In this document: piece after piece, positions 24,960 through 36,351 of the stretch
Position numbering within the stretch: the stretch's first letter is position 1
Layout: every line of letters starts with the position of its first letter
Assembly (NCBI RefSeq): GCF_003790525.1
Contig: NZ_CP033635.1
DNA: 64,000 nt
Direction: 5' to 3' (one strand)
Source: Escherichia coli
Lineage (GTDB): Bacteria > Pseudomonadota > Gammaproteobacteria > Enterobacterales > Enterobacteriaceae
Translations under genes and position numbers: made by a program
Notes under the pieces: generated by a model
Seen by the model: the letters and a program-made list of their open reading frames with translations, nothing else
What the model was told of the DNA's origin: nothing
The model's database searches: none

Positions 24960-25786
24960 TGATGCAATCTGCGGGTATTGTCGTTAATGGCGTTACTGTC
25001 ACCTGGCGTAACGGGCACACAGCACTGCGCGATGCATCCTTCACAGTACCAGGCGGATCTATTGCCGCTCTGGTTGGGGTAAACGGTTCCGGAAAATCGA
25101 CGTTATTTAAAGCGATTATGGGATTCGTGCGTCTGACTACCGGAAAGATATCTGTTCTGGGTATTCCCACGCGGCAGGCTCTGCAGAAAAACCTGATTGC
25201 CTACGTCCCGCAGTCAGAAGAAGTGGACTGGTCCTTTCCTGTACTGGTGGAAGATGTGGTGATGATGGGCCGCTATGGGCATATGGGTATGTTGCGTATA
25301 GCCAATAAGAGGGATCGTCAGGTTGTCACCGATGCGCTGGAACGTGTCGATATGGTAGATTTTCGCCATCGACAAATCGGCGAGCTTTCCGGTGGACAAA
25401 AGAAACGCGTCTTTCTGGCGAGAGCGATTGCACAGCAGGGTGATGTGATCCTGCTGGATGAACCTTTTACCGGCGTTGATGTGAAAACCGAAGCCAAAAT
25501 CATCAGCCTGTTGAGGGAGTTACGCGCGGAAGGCAAAACGATGCTTGTCTCAACGCACAATCTCGGATCCGTCACGACATTTTGCGATTATACGGTCATG
25601 GTCAAAGGCACCGTCCTGGCAAGCGGGCCGACAGACACCACTTTTACAGCCGAGAACCTGGAGCTGGCTTTTAGCGGCGTACTACGCCATGTCACACTTA
25701 AAGGCTCGGAAGAAAGCATTATTACTGACGATGAACGCCCCTTTGTGGCTTATCGACCATCAGCGGTGCAGAGGGAAGAAAGATGA
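24959..25786 (+). CDS. sitB: Fe/Mn ABC transporter ATPase SitB
   Basis: Walker [13 protein letters not shown] signature LSGGQKKR, Walker B ILLDEP. Confidence 0.9.
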   Translation: MMQSAGIVVNGVTVTWRNGHTALRDASFTVPGGSIAALVGVNGSGKSTLFKAIMGFVRLTTGKISVLGIPTRQALQKNLIAYVPQSEEVDWSFPVLVEDVVMMGRYGHMGMLRIANKRDRQVVTDALERVDMVDFRHRQIGELSGGQKKRVFLARAIAQQGDVILLDEPFTGVDVKTEAKIISLLRELRAEGKTMLVSTHNLGSVTTFCDYTVMVKGTVLASGPTDTTFTAENLELAFSGVLRHVTLKGSEESIITDDERPFVAYRPSAVQREER

Positions 25787-26640
25787 ACGTGCTACTGGAA
25801 CCCTTCAGCTATGAATATATGCTCAATGCGATGTGGGTCGCGGCGATGGTCGGCGGTCTCTGCGCTTTCCTGTCATGCTATCTGATGCTAAAAGGCTGGT
25901 CGCTGATTGGCGATGCGCTGTCGCACTCTATCGTCCCGGGTGTTGCGGGGGCATATATGCTGGGGCTTCCGTTTTCTCTGGGGGCCTTCTTTTCCGGTGG
26001 ACTGGCTGCGGGCAGCATGCTGTTTCTTAACCAACGCACTCGCTTAAAAGAAGATGCCATCATCGGCCTGATCTTCTCGTCCTTTTTTGGCCTGGGGCTG
26101 TTTATGGTGTCATTAAACCCGACATCCGTAAATATTCAGACCATCGTCCTGGGCAATATTCTGGCAATCGCTCCGGCGGATATCCTGCAACTCACTATCA
26201 TTGGCATTGTCTCAGTCATAGTGCTCTTTTTCAAATGGAAAGATCTTATGGTGACCTTTTTCGACGAGAATCACGCCCGTGCTATTGGATTATATCCAGG
26301 AAGATTAAAAATCCTCTTCTTCACACTGCTGGCGGTATCGACCGTTGCAGCATTGCAAACGGTTGGGGCTTTTCTGGTGATCTGTCTGGTAGTGACCCCT
26401 GGCGCAACAGCATGGTTGTTAACCGATCGTTTTCCCCGCCTGCTCGTGATTGCTGTAACTATTGGCAGTGTAACCAGTTTCCTCGGCGCGTGGGTCAGTT
26501 ACTTTCTGGACGGAGCGACAGGTGGAATCATCGTGGTGGCGCAGACACTGCTGTTTCTTTTAGCATTTGTCTTTGCACCCACCCATGGGCTTTTGGCAAA
26601 TCGTCAGCGTGCGCATAAGGTGCTGGAGGATCGCTCATGA
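25783..26640 (+). CDS. sitC: Fe/Mn ABC transporter permease SitC
   Basis: 285 aa polytopic membrane protein, overlapping start/stop with sitB and sitD. Confidence 0.9.
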   Translation: MNVLLEPFSYEYMLNAMWVAAMVGGLCAFLSCYLMLKGWSLIGDALSHSIVPGVAGAYMLGLPFSLGAFFSGGLAAGSMLFLNQRTRLKEDAIIGLIFSSFFGLGLFMVSLNPTSVNIQTIVLGNILAIAPADILQLTIIGIVSVIVLFFKWKDLMVTFFDENHARAIGLYPGRLKILFFTLLAVSTVAALQTVGAFLVICLVVTPGATAWLLTDRFPRLLVIAVTIGSVTSFLGAWVSYFLDGATGGIIVVAQTLLFLLAFVFAPTHGLLANRQRAHKVLEDRS

Positions 26641-27515
26641 TGGCATTATTACTGGAGCCACTGCAGTTCACCTTTATGAGTCACGCACTGCTGATTTCAC
26701 TGGTAGTTTCCATACCCTGTGCGCTGCTGTCGGTCTTTCTGGTCCTGAAAGGTTGGGCACTGATGGGAGACGCGATGAGTCATGCGGTTTTTCCTGGTAT
26801 CGTGCTTGCGTGGATACTGGGTTTTCCTCTGGCGGGAGGAGCATTCGTCGCCGGAGTATTCTGCGCGGTGGCGACGGGATACCTGAAAGACAACAGCCGA
26901 ATCAAGCAAGATACAGTGATGGGGATTGTTTTTTCTGGCATGTTTGCCGCAGGTCTGATCTTGTATATTGCAGTCAAACCCGACGTACATCTTGACCATA
27001 TTCTTTTCGGCGACATGCTCGGGGTAACCATCGGCGATATAATCCAGACGGTGATTATTGCCGGGCTGGTTACACTTGTTATTAGCGTAAAATGGCGGGA
27101 TTTTTTGCTGTTCAGCTTTGATTATCAACAGGCGCAGGTAAGCGGTTTGCATACGAGATGGCTGCATTATGGGCTGCTGTGCATGGTCTCTCTGACCATT
27201 GTGGCGACGCTGAAAGCGGTAGGTATCATTCTCTCCATTTCTCTGCTCATTGCGCCTGGCGCCATTGCGGTACTCCTGACGCAACGCTTTCATATTGCGC
27301 TCCTGCTGGCGCTCGGTATATCGGTAATGGTCTCAATGACTGGTGTATGGCTCTCCTTTTTTATAGACAGCGCACCAGCACCAACGATTGTTATCTTATT
27401 CACGGTTGTATTCATCCTGACGTTTACCGCTTCCAGCATCAATGCTCACGCGAAGGAAAATGTCGATCCACAGGATCTCCCGACTAGTACAACAACCAGA
27501 GAGCAACATCTGTAG
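26637..27515 (+). CDS. sitD: Fe/Mn ABC transporter permease SitD
   Basis: 292 aa polytopic membrane protein. Confidence 0.9.
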   Translation: MMALLLEPLQFTFMSHALLISLVVSIPCALLSVFLVLKGWALMGDAMSHAVFPGIVLAWILGFPLAGGAFVAGVFCAVATGYLKDNSRIKQDTVMGIVFSGMFAAGLILYIAVKPDVHLDHILFGDMLGVTIGDIIQTVIIAGLVTLVISVKWRDFLLFSFDYQQAQVSGLHTRWLHYGLLCMVSLTIVATLKAVGIILSISLLIAPGAIAVLLTQRFHIALLLALGISVMVSMTGVWLSFFIDSAPAPTIVILFTVVFILTFTASSINAHAKENVDPQDLPTSTTTREQHL

Positions 27516-27750
27516 GCACATAGCAGTCATGGAGACAATCTTGTGAAGTCATAGAGTGTCGGGGGAAGGTATTGAAAGTCCCCGACCTCCGAAGAAAATA
27601 TGGGCGGCATGATCAGGAAAACACCGTCAGCTCCTGTATAAAGTTATTTGTTGCCACCGTTGCCCAAATCACTCATATCAACAAACGGAATATTCAGTTT
27701 GAATCCACATTCCATTGTGGGCGTACGAATAGCATCAAGTTTTGCTGTAT

Positions 27751-27772
27751 TGTCAACAACGGATGAAAAGTG
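27751..27772 (+). repeat. Solo IS21-family-type terminal motif TGTCAACAACGGATGAAAAGTG
   Basis: Near-identical to the IS100 terminal repeat at 4933 and to 40877..40898 (reverse strand). Confidence 0.4.
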
Positions 27773-27839
27773 GCACTTCCTTGGATTTACCTCTATATTT
27801 CCAGACATCTGTTATCACTTAACCTGTTACTGTCCTTCA

Positions 27840-28510
27840 ACTGCAGGTGATTCAGGGGGGCCAGTCTAACCGTTAAGAACACGTTCCCGAGATGAGCGTT
27901 TCCGTTGTCGCTCATGTAAAACATGTTTTCCAGCTCACTTACTCTTGGTGAAGTCAGGAAACCCGGCGTTAAGGAGCAGATCGTTGAAATGGCACATAAC
28001 GGCGCAGGTGTCCGTGATACCCATGAACACTGAAAATCGGCATCAATACCGTCATACGGACATTAAAAATGTTTTCGCCCCGGCGGATAACATCTACGCC
28101 AGTCGTTCACGCTGATGTTGCCCTTATCTTTGAAACTTGATGAGCAGTTAAATTTCGTTGGCAGCAAGGCGCAACAACACTGGTCTGCTTACAACACTAA
28201 AACTGCGGTGTGTTGGCTTATTCTTTCGGGCCACGGAATGATGAGACCTGTCGGGAACTGTTAGCCCTGTTGACTTCGTTCTATATCGGCATAGTGACCA
28301 GCAATGACAGGGGCTGCAACGTCAGAGAAGTGACGAAGGAGAAATACCTGACCGGTAAAATATTCACGCAACCTATTGAACTTAACAACCTGCCCCTCCG
28401 CACCCGCATCAAGCGGCTGGCACGTAAAACAATCTGCTTCTCGCGTTCCGTGAAAATCAACGAAAAAGTCATCGGTTCCGTCATTGAAAAGAACATGTTC
28501 TACTGATTGG
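27840..28510 (+). pseudogene. Degenerate IS1-family element (InsA/InsB-like frames with stops)
   Basis: InsB-like ...LTGKIFTQPIELNNLPLRTRIKRLARKTICFSRSVKINEKVIGSVIEKNMFY; related to copy at 46690..47400. Confidence 0.45.
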
Positions 28511-28758
28511 AAGCACTACCACATTTTTCATAGAATACCCAAGATCTTAGCGCAGATCAGTTGAAATGTTGGCACCTATGTTACCAATACTACTCAATGG
28601 CTACTACGGCAGTAGGTTTTCGCTTACCTTTTCATACGGGCAATGAAATGAGGATATGCGATAAATTTCAGTCAAAGATACATAAAACAGGCATAATGTT
28701 ATTCAGTGGTGAGCAGTCCGTTCCGGAGACGGAATATCTTTTTAAGGCCGTATATCAG

Positions 28759-30067
28759 GGTTTTCCCTTGTTATGGTGGCTGAAGGCATGATGATGGTGT
28801 TTTAATTGCCAAAGGTCACCGCCATGGACGAAAGGTCCCTCTACGCTCATATTATCAACCTGACCGCTCCATGGCAGGTTAAATATCTTTCTCTCGATGA
28901 AAACGCCGGTTCTGTTACCGTCACAGTTGGAATCGCTAAAAATGCCCGGTTAGCCTGTCCGACCTGCGGTAAATCCTGTTCTGTTCACGATCACCGTCAT
29001 CGTAAATGGCGTCATCTTGATATCTGCCAGTTCACCACTATTGTCGAAGCCGATGTGCCCCGCATTATGTGCCCGGAGCATGGCTGCCAGACGTTGCTAG
29101 TTCCCTGGGCTGGCCCCGGAAGGCGGTATACGCTGCTGTTCGACTCGTTCTCTCATGGCTGAAAATCAGCACTGTTGATGCTGTAAGGAAACAACTTAAG
29201 CTCAGCTGGAATGCGGTTGACGGCATTATGACCCGGGCAGTTAAGCGAGGTCTTGCCCGGATAAAAAAGCCATTATCCGCCCGTCATATGAATGTGGATG
29301 AGGTCGCCTTTAAAAAAGGACATTGTTATATAACTGTGATCTCCGATCGCGATGGTCGTGCACTGGCCTTAACGGACGATCGTGGCACAGAGAGCCTCGC
29401 CGGCTATCTTCGCACGCTTACTGACGGGCAGTTGCTGGCTATCAAAACGCTCTCAATGGACATGAATGCAGGCTGTATAAGAGCAGCGCGTATCCACTTA
29501 CCCTGTGCGGTTGAGAAAATCGCCTTCGACCGCTTCCATGTAGCAAAGCAACTTGGTGAAGTGGTTGATAAAATCCGTCAGGATGAACATCCACACCTCC
29601 CTGTTGAAAGTCGGCGTCAGGCAAAGGGGACCCGCTTCCTGTGGCAGTACAACGATAAATGGATGACCGAATCCAGGCAGGAAAAGCTGATATGGCTGCG
29701 TGCACAGATGAAGCTGACAAGCCTGTGCTGGGCGCTGAAAGAGCTGGCAAAGAATATCTGGAACAGGCCATGAAGTGAGGAAAGACGTAATGAGTGGGAG
29801 AGATTGCTGGCTCTGGCGGCCAACAGTGACATTACTATGATGAAAAACGCCACGAAAACGATAGGAAAAAGGCTGTATGGGATCCTGAATGCCATGCGAC
29901 ACCGTGTCTCAAACGGAAACGCGGAGGCGCTTAACAGTAAGCTCAGGCTGCTGAGGATAAAAGCCAGGGGATACCGCAATCGGGAACGCTTTAAGCTGGG
30001 CGTGATGTTCCACTACGGGAAACTGAATATGGCGTTTTGAGCCTTCCCACCATGATCAGGGAAGGCC
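28759..30067 (+). mobile_element. ISL3-family element, about 1.3 kb, with about 7-bp AT-rich target-site duplication (TATATCA)
   Basis: Imperfect terminal inverted repeats GGTTTTCCCTTGTTATGGTGG (left) and reverse complement GGCCTTCCCTGATCATGGTGGG (right); sits just downstream of iutA. Confidence 0.65.
28806..30040 (+). pseudogene. ISL3-family transposase, one frameshift plus in-frame TGA
   Basis: Zn-ribbon N-terminus (CPTCG...CPEHG), DDE region ...VDEVAFKKGHCYITVISD...FDRFHVAKQL...; ORFs 28806..29162, 29069..29773, 29804..30040. Confidence 0.65.
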
Positions 30068-30104
30068 CTTATATCAACATACCTTTGTTTCCAAAGAATT
30101 CCTG

Positions 30105-32306
30105 TCAGAATAATACTGAGTAACTCAGACCAAAGGTGCGGCCCCTGCCTTTGTAGCCGTACAGTGAAGCAGGGCCGTAACCCGGGCTGTAGTACAGTGG
30201 CGCACGCTGCCCCCAGACAGTGGTGTAGTCACGGTCGAAGAGGTTTTCAATGCTGAAGCTGAGTGTACCCACCGGAAGCTGATAACTGCCAAGCAAATCG
30301 ACGATGGTATAGCCATCGACCTTGTAGCCCTGCGCGTCGCTCACGTCAAAGGAGGTGGTGCTCTGCACTCGCAGACTCCACGGGTCCGGTGCCCAGCCAA
30401 TGTAGGCTGTCGCTTTTGATGGGCTTGCTGTCTTCACATCGTATTTCTGCCAGGTACCGTTCACTTTCGACTCAGTTTTCAGCACGTTGAAGTTCACTCC
30501 GGTACTCCAGTCAGTATCAGGAATCAGGTAGTCCACCGCACCTTCCACGCCGTAAATACGGCGTTTGTCGTCCACCACACTGATGGTCAGATCTTTATTC
30601 GCCACCACGCTCTTATCAGAAATCGAATAGTAGGCCGCGATTTGGGTGCGCAGATTATTGCCAGTAAAGCGCCAGCCCAGCTCATAAGAATCGACTTTCA
30701 CGCCTTCCAGCTTGCTGTCGCTGACGTTCACACTCTTTGTTAGAGGAAGATGGCCGTTCACTGCAGCACCATAGATGCCGCGACCATAGTATTTACCCGG
30801 GTCCGGCAGCTCCACGCCCTGGGAGAAGTTGAGCCATGCCTGCTGGCGTTCGGTGATATGCATCAGCAGACCAGCGTTGAACAGGAAGTTGTCGTAATCG
30901 ACTGAGCCGCCAGGAATGGCGTCGGCGGATATAGCCTTCCCGGCGGCAATCTGCCGTTGCTGCGCGTAGCCGATGAAATCATCAATCTTGTTTTCAGTGT
31001 ACTGATAGCGTACGCCACCGTTGAGGGTAAAGAGATTATTGATGTCATAGCCTGATTGCAGGAAGACCGCCAGGTTGGTGATGTCATATGACGGATAGCG
31101 CCCGGTGGTGTAAATCTTCTTGTTGTTCAGCCCTCCGGAAGCGCTTGCTTGAGCCAGGTCGAAGAACATCTGGTTGGAGGTAAAGCGCTCATGATCAGCA
31201 TCCAGCCCCCAGGTGATTTGCCAGCCGTCCATCGGTTTGCTGTTCAGAGTCAGTTTCATGCCGTACTGGTCGGTGTCCTGCTGTGACGAAGAGAAAGCCG
31301 TCACCTGTTTGTTCGCATTTACCGTCGGGAACGGGTAGAATCGCAACGACTCATCGCGGTAGTAAACCTGACCGACCAGCTCCTGTCCCAGGAAAGCGCT
31401 GTCAGAGTACTGCAGGCTGATCAAATGCCGCTCAGTGCCGGGAATACGGTCGGAATTCAGCCCGTTACTGACGAAGGGCGTGCTGGTCCCTCTGATGGCA
31501 GAGAAGCCTTTCCCGAGATTAAGCCCGTAATCGTCGTCGCCCTGGCTTTTATAGTACTGTGTGATCAACTGAAGCTGCCGGGATTCATCGATGTTCAACG
31601 TTCCAGTTCCCATGATGTCCAGCCGATCGGAGTACTGCAGGCCGGTCTGGGTGTTATCAAGCAGGGTGGCATCGCCGTTACCGTCAAACCAGCCGCCAAA
31701 TTTCTGATATGCCACGGAAAGACGTCCGGAGATATGCTCATTTCCGCCGGAGACAGCTCCGGCAATGCGTTCATCGTGATCTTTACTGCTGCTAAAGCCA
31801 CTTTTGGTGCCAGCCTCAAACTCCTTCATGGTTTCCGGCTGGCCTTTTTTGCTCACGATGTTGATCAGGCCACCGGTACTGCCGCCGCCATACAGGGACG
31901 TCGCACCGGAGATCACTTCAATATGGTCGATATTAAAAGGATCTATAGAGTCCAGTTGTCGGCTGTCGGTACGTGAAGAGTTGAGACGCACGCCGTCAAC
32001 CAGCACGACCAGCGGGCGGCCACGCACATTCATACCGTAGTTGGTGCGGCTCCGGCTGCTGACGTCAAGGCCAGGGATCAGCTGAGCCAGTGCGTCCTTA
32101 AGCTCTTTGCCGCCCTGAATCTGCTGTTCCAGTTCGGCGTTTTCGATAACCCAGGTGGTTTGTGCCATCTCCGCTACGGTGCGATTGCTGCGGTTGGCAG
32201 ACACCACGAACGTTTCATCATCGGTTTGTTGAGCGACTGCTGGCGCCATCATGGTAAGAAGCAGTGGGTTGAGAGCCCAAAGCGTATACTTTTTGCTTAT
32301 CATCAT
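30105..32306 (-). CDS. iutA: Ferric aerobactin TonB-dependent outer-membrane receptor IutA
   Basis: 733 aa, signal peptide, TonB-dependent receptor plug and barrel, C-terminal ...YSVLF. Confidence 0.95.
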   Translation of the reverse strand: MMISKKYTLWALNPLLLTMMAPAVAQQTDDETFVVSANRSNRTVAEMAQTTWVIENAELEQQIQGGKELKDALAQLIPGLDVSSRSRTNYGMNVRGRPLVVLVDGVRLNSSRTDSRQLDSIDPFNIDHIEVISGATSLYGGGSTGGLINIVSKKGQPETMKEFEAGTKSGFSSSKDHDERIAGAVSGGNEHISGRLSVAYQKFGGWFDGNGDATLLDNTQTGLQYSDRLDIMGTGTLNIDESRQLQLITQYYKSQGDDDYGLNLGKGFSAIRGTSTPFVSNGLNSDRIPGTERHLISLQYSDSAFLGQELVGQVYYRDESLRFYPFPTVNANKQVTAFSSSQQDTDQYGMKLTLNSKPMDGWQITWGLDADHERFTSNQMFFDLAQASASGGLNNKKIYTTGRYPSYDITNLAVFLQSGYDINNLFTLNGGVRYQYTENKIDDFIGYAQQRQIAAGKAISADAIPGGSVDYDNFLFNAGLLMHITERQQAWLNFSQGVELPDPGKYYGRGIYGAAVNGHLPLTKSVNVSDSKLEGVKVDSYELGWRFTGNNLRTQIAAYYSISDKSVVANKDLTISVVDDKRRIYGVEGAVDYLIPDTDWSTGVNFNVLKTESKVNGTWQKYDVKTASPSKATAYIGWAPDPWSLRVQSTTSFDVSDAQGYKVDGYTIVDLLGSYQLPVGTLSFSIENLFDRDYTTVWGQRAPLYYSPGYGPASLYGYKGRGRTFGLSYSVLF

Positions 32307-32387
32307 TATTCCTCCACACGGGCGGAAAAAATCAGCCCAAAGATGCTGTGTAGCGAGTTAAAGAAGCAGCCTCCGGCTGCGTTTTCC

Positions 32388-33665
32388 CTAGGTGCCGCTG
32401 CGCCACTGAATCAGGGCGGGCGGCATACTGAGATCGAATAAATCACGTCCCATTACACGATTAAGAATACGTGCAGATCTCCATGCCATCAGGCTGAGCT
32501 GAGGTTCGGCGATGCCATGGGTTTGCATACTGGCGTTGACCACGAAGATGTTGTTCTCTTTCGGGCCACTCCATTCCAGAGTGAAGTCATCACGCACTTT
32601 AAAGGTGTTCTTATCGTGCATGGTGATCAGCGGCATCAGTGAGGGAAGTATTTGTGGCAACGCAGAACGGTAACCTGTGGCGAAAATCACCACATCACTT
32701 TCCAGGCTCTCCCTGCCCTGATCCAGATGATGCTCCATCAGCAACTTCCAGCCAGGACCACTACTTTCCAGAGTTGTTACCGAGCGGCTGGGTAGCAGAC
32801 GGATATTTCTTGGTTTTCTCAGAACTTCAAAACGGTGGTACAACTCACGATAAATGGTCAGTAAAGAATCGGCAGTGATGCCATCCGATGTCATTTTCTG
32901 CTCATCCAGTAACTGATGGCGAATATCTTCCTCCAGTCCGGAGAAGCCTGAAATATATTCAGGTGTAAAATACTCATCAGCAAAAGCAGCCTCATCCAGT
33001 GCGTTAAAATTATTCCGCCGGGAGATCCAGTTTATTTCCGCCGCTTCTCCCCATTCCCCGCGTAATGCATTAAGGAACAGGTCTGCACCACTCTGTCCTC
33101 CACCAACCACGGTTACCCGTTTTTCACTAAGGTCCGGCCGACGAAGATTCATTTCACTGGCATGGAAACAGGATTGTGTCATATGCTTCACACAGGGTGG
33201 TAAATAAGGTTGTTTTCCTGTACCAAGGCAGATATTGTGGGCAAAATATTCTCCCCGGCTGGTTTGCACCAGAAACAATCGACGTTTTTTATCGAAATCA
33301 ATGTTTTCAACGGTATGACTGAAATACAGGTTATTCATATCTTCAGCAGCCCAGCGGAGGTAGTCAGAAAACTCTTCACGGGATACTGTACGTAGTCTGC
33401 TTGTAAGGAAGCGATAGAACTTTTTGTGCTTCACCAGATAGTTAACAAAGCTGTAGGGATTTGTAGGTGCAACAGCACTGACCAGATCTTTCAGAAAGAC
33501 GGTCTGCATATGACAATCCGGTACCAGCATACCCGGATGCCAGGAAAAATGAGGATGTTCATCAAAGAAGAGACAGTCCAGTTCTTCGATCTGATGTGAC
33601 AACGCAGCAATGCTGAGATTAAATGGCCCTGTCCCTACACCAATAAAATCGACACTTTTTTTCAT
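32388..33665 (-). CDS. iucD: L-lysine N6-monooxygenase IucD
   Basis: 425 aa, N-terminal FAD-binding GVGTGPFNLS, second dinucleotide motif VVGGGQSG. Confidence 0.95.
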   Translation of the reverse strand: MKKSVDFIGVGTGPFNLSIAALSHQIEELDCLFFDEHPHFSWHPGMLVPDCHMQTVFLKDLVSAVAPTNPYSFVNYLVKHKKFYRFLTSRLRTVSREEFSDYLRWAAEDMNNLYFSHTVENIDFDKKRRLFLVQTSRGEYFAHNICLGTGKQPYLPPCVKHMTQSCFHASEMNLRRPDLSEKRVTVVGGGQSGADLFLNALRGEWGEAAEINWISRRNNFNALDEAAFADEYFTPEYISGFSGLEEDIRHQLLDEQKMTSDGITADSLLTIYRELYHRFEVLRKPRNIRLLPSRSVTTLESSGPGWKLLMEHHLDQGRESLESDVVIFATGYRSALPQILPSLMPLITMHDKNTFKVRDDFTLEWSGPKENNIFVVNASMQTHGIAEPQLSLMAWRSARILNRVMGRDLFDLSMPPALIQWRSGT

Positions 33666-35404
33666 GATTCATATTCCTGAGTTACCAGCCACAGCGGATT
33701 TTGCAGATCCTCAAGGTAATTCGGCAGCATGCGGCTGCCGCCATCCAGATCAGGCCAGGTCAGTTTTACCGGGTTCAGCACCACGCGAATGATTTGTGGC
33801 CTGAAAAGTGAGAAAAGCGCAAAACGCTCTGACATTTGTGGATGTTTTTTCATGTAATCACTCAACACTGCTGCCAGCAGTTGATAAAATCGCCGTTCAG
33901 GTACGCCAAGACGAACCATCAGTGGCGAAATAAAACGCAGTACTGTCACGAAGTGACCCGTCTGCAAATCATGGATTAAGTAGTCCGCACTCAGGCGGGA
34001 TGTAACATCACGAACCTCCTGAGGCAAAGAGTCCATTTCGGGGAACTCTTCTTTCACCAGCCGCATATCGCCCTGGAAGTCTTTCAGCAGAACACGCTGT
34101 GGAACCCCCTTTTTCATGGCGAGCGTTATATTTTGTCCATGTGCAATAAGCGCGACACCGTAGCGGCAAAGCAGGTGATACAGAGGAACCACGACCACCC
34201 GGAACAGTTGCGTAAGCCAGGTTTCAGCGTCCAGCCCGGAGCGGTCTATATATGCGCCTGCCAGCGGCTGATCGTTTTCGTCGCACTCCATCAGTGTTGC
34301 CATCAGAACCGGACTTTCATCCGGTTTCAGCCAGCGGCACGGATTCTCCCGCCAGATAACACCAAGCATTTCCTGGTAGCGATAGGGAGCCCGGGCAAGC
34401 GCGGCATAGCCTTCATGGGAGACATAGCCTGCAGCCGGTTCACCAAGGATCACTGCACCGCTTTGCACCAGGGTAGCGTCGGTCGCAAAAACCTGTTGTA
34501 GCCAGCGTGAAGCCAGTGGTCCGGCAGCGATGTATCTGCCAGGAATCCCCCGGTAGCATGAGGTGTTGTAGATGGTCAGCGGCAGCTTGATATCCAGCCC
34601 ACCCCGGCGACTGGCGTTGGTCAGGGTACGCAGCGACTGCTGGGCGAGCCACTGGTCGCCAAACTCGCCGAGAGACACCATCCTGCCTTCGGCAAAATCA
34701 GCGATGAAGTCGGTGGCGATTTTTTGCTGCCACTGCCACGGATGTACAGGCAGCGGCAGCCAGTTATGATCCAGTCCGTTTTCCTGCCAGACCTGACTGA
34801 AGCGGGCAAACTCCTGCGGATCCATTGCGGCCGTCAACAACTGATGAATATCCATCTCGTTATCACAGCGCCAGATCATATGTTCACGTTTTACCGCCAG
34901 CCAGTGCAGTCTAAAGGTGTTGGCATACTCTGGCGCATATCGTTCCAGCGCCTCTTTACCCCAGCCACGGCGACCTTTATTAAAAACGAATTTAGGATGA
35001 CCGCTCAGCAGGCATTGCAGGCGGTCGGCACTAAGATTAATCAGGTCACTGGCGCTCAGCCCGCGACGGGCTTTCAGCAGTTGCAGGTCGCCCAGCAGCG
35101 TGGAATACAAATCCTGCATATGCTCAGCAACGGTTGCATCGCTCATTGACAGTACCTGCTTTAGCTGCATCAGCAGCGTCTGAGCCAGTACTGGCTCGTC
35201 CGCGCAGCGCAGAGTTTGAGCATCAATCCAGAGCCAGCCCCAGATACCACGTTCAGCGATGAAGCGCCATTGTGCTCCCGGCAGGTTAATGCAGTAGCGG
35301 TCATCGCCCTGAGATTCCGCGTGGAAAACCTGCTCATACTCCAGCTCAGACAACATTTTTGCCACCAAGCGGCGGTTGACCAAATCCCAGTCTTTGTGAT
35401 TCAT
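33662..35404 (-). CDS. iucC: Aerobactin synthase IucC
   Basis: 580 aa IucA/IucC-family siderophore synthetase; start overlaps iucB stop. Confidence 0.95.
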   Translation of the reverse strand: MNHKDWDLVNRRLVAKMLSELEYEQVFHAESQGDDRYCINLPGAQWRFIAERGIWGWLWIDAQTLRCADEPVLAQTLLMQLKQVLSMSDATVAEHMQDLYSTLLGDLQLLKARRGLSASDLINLSADRLQCLLSGHPKFVFNKGRRGWGKEALERYAPEYANTFRLHWLAVKREHMIWRCDNEMDIHQLLTAAMDPQEFARFSQVWQENGLDHNWLPLPVHPWQWQQKIATDFIADFAEGRMVSLGEFGDQWLAQQSLRTLTNASRRGGLDIKLPLTIYNTSCYRGIPGRYIAAGPLASRWLQQVFATDATLVQSGAVILGEPAAGYVSHEGYAALARAPYRYQEMLGVIWRENPCRWLKPDESPVLMATLMECDENDQPLAGAYIDRSGLDAETWLTQLFRVVVVPLYHLLCRYGVALIAHGQNITLAMKKGVPQRVLLKDFQGDMRLVKEEFPEMDSLPQEVRDVTSRLSADYLIHDLQTGHFVTVLRFISPLMVRLGVPERRFYQLLAAVLSDYMKKHPQMSERFALFSLFRPQIIRVVLNPVKLTWPDLDGGSRMLPNYLEDLQNPLWLVTQEYES

Positions 35405-36351
35405 TACAGACCGACCTCCGTGAAGAAGTGATGACGATCCGCCATCACCATGCGCGAGCGTTTATGTGGGAAGTCGAACTCTTTAATTGTCCGGTATCCC
35501 GCAGGCTCAAGATGGCGGAACAGGCGCTGGTTATCGGTGCGTGGCTCCAGTACTGTGCGCTGCGTACGTGGCTCATTCAGCAGCAGGTAATGTGTCACCC
35601 CGCGCAGCCAGCTTTGCACATAGTGGGCTCCGCGCCATTGCTGTTCACCAACCAGCAGATGCAGGCCACGGTCAAAGGGCTGCCACGAATAGTGGCGACC
35701 AATGCGGTCTTCCGCCGCCCAGTAGATTTCGAAATAACTGAACGGCCGATCGTCGAAACAACCAATCAGCGGGAATGCATGTTTACTGGTGAGCTGGCGT
35801 TCCAGATAGGCGATCTGTACCTCCAGTGAGCCACTTTGCTCCCAGAAATACTCAACGCGCGGATCGTTCATCCAGCGAGTGAAACGTTCTGCATCAGAAA
35901 CGGGATCGGCAATGCGGAAACTCAGCATCCTGCGAATGCGTGGATCGTAACGACGATAAACTTCACCCTGCGGACGGGGGGGGCGCTGCGGGAAATAAAT
36001 CTCACGCTCTGCATCAAAAACCATTTCACCGGAGGCCCGGTTTGCCGGAGAACTCAGCCATAACGGTAACTGCCAGAAAGCGGAACGATGGATAATGTCG
36101 CTTTGTACCTGTCCGAAAAGCGTCAGCGCCTGTGGCTCCTCACACCATTCGGACCAGGGAAGAACCACTGCTGAAAGTTGTGGTGCGGCGATAAATATCT
36201 GATCCAGCGCGTCGCACAGCCATCCTGTTGGCAGCTCCCCGGGCCAGTGCAACACCGCGCTATTGTCCAGCCCCCAGCCAAGATTCAGAGGCTTGTCGAG
36301 TTTTTCACAGCGCAGTCCATATCCGCTGTGAACAATGTTTGCCCCAGACAT
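35404..36351 (-). CDS. iucB: N6-hydroxylysine O-acetyltransferase IucB
   Basis: 315 aa acetyltransferase. Confidence 0.95.
   Translation of the reverse strand: MSGANIVHSGYGLRCEKLDKPLNLGWGLDNSAVLHWPGELPTGWLCDALDQIFIAAPQLSAVVLPWSEWCEEPQALTLFGQVQSDIIHRSAFWQLPLWLSSPANRASGEMVFDAEREIYFPQRPPRPQGEVYRRYDPRIRRMLSFRIADPVSDAERFTRWMNDPRVEYFWEQSGSLEVQIAYLERQLTSKHAFPLIGCFDDRPFSYFEIYWAAEDRIGRHYSWQPFDRGLHLLVGEQQWRGAHYVQSWLRGVTHYLLLNEPRTQRTVLEPRTDNQRLFRHLEPAGYRTIKEFDFPHKRSRMVMADRHHFFTEVGL

Noticed and set aside
31425-31976. 183-aa plus-strand ORF
   Set aside because: Antisense to iutA.
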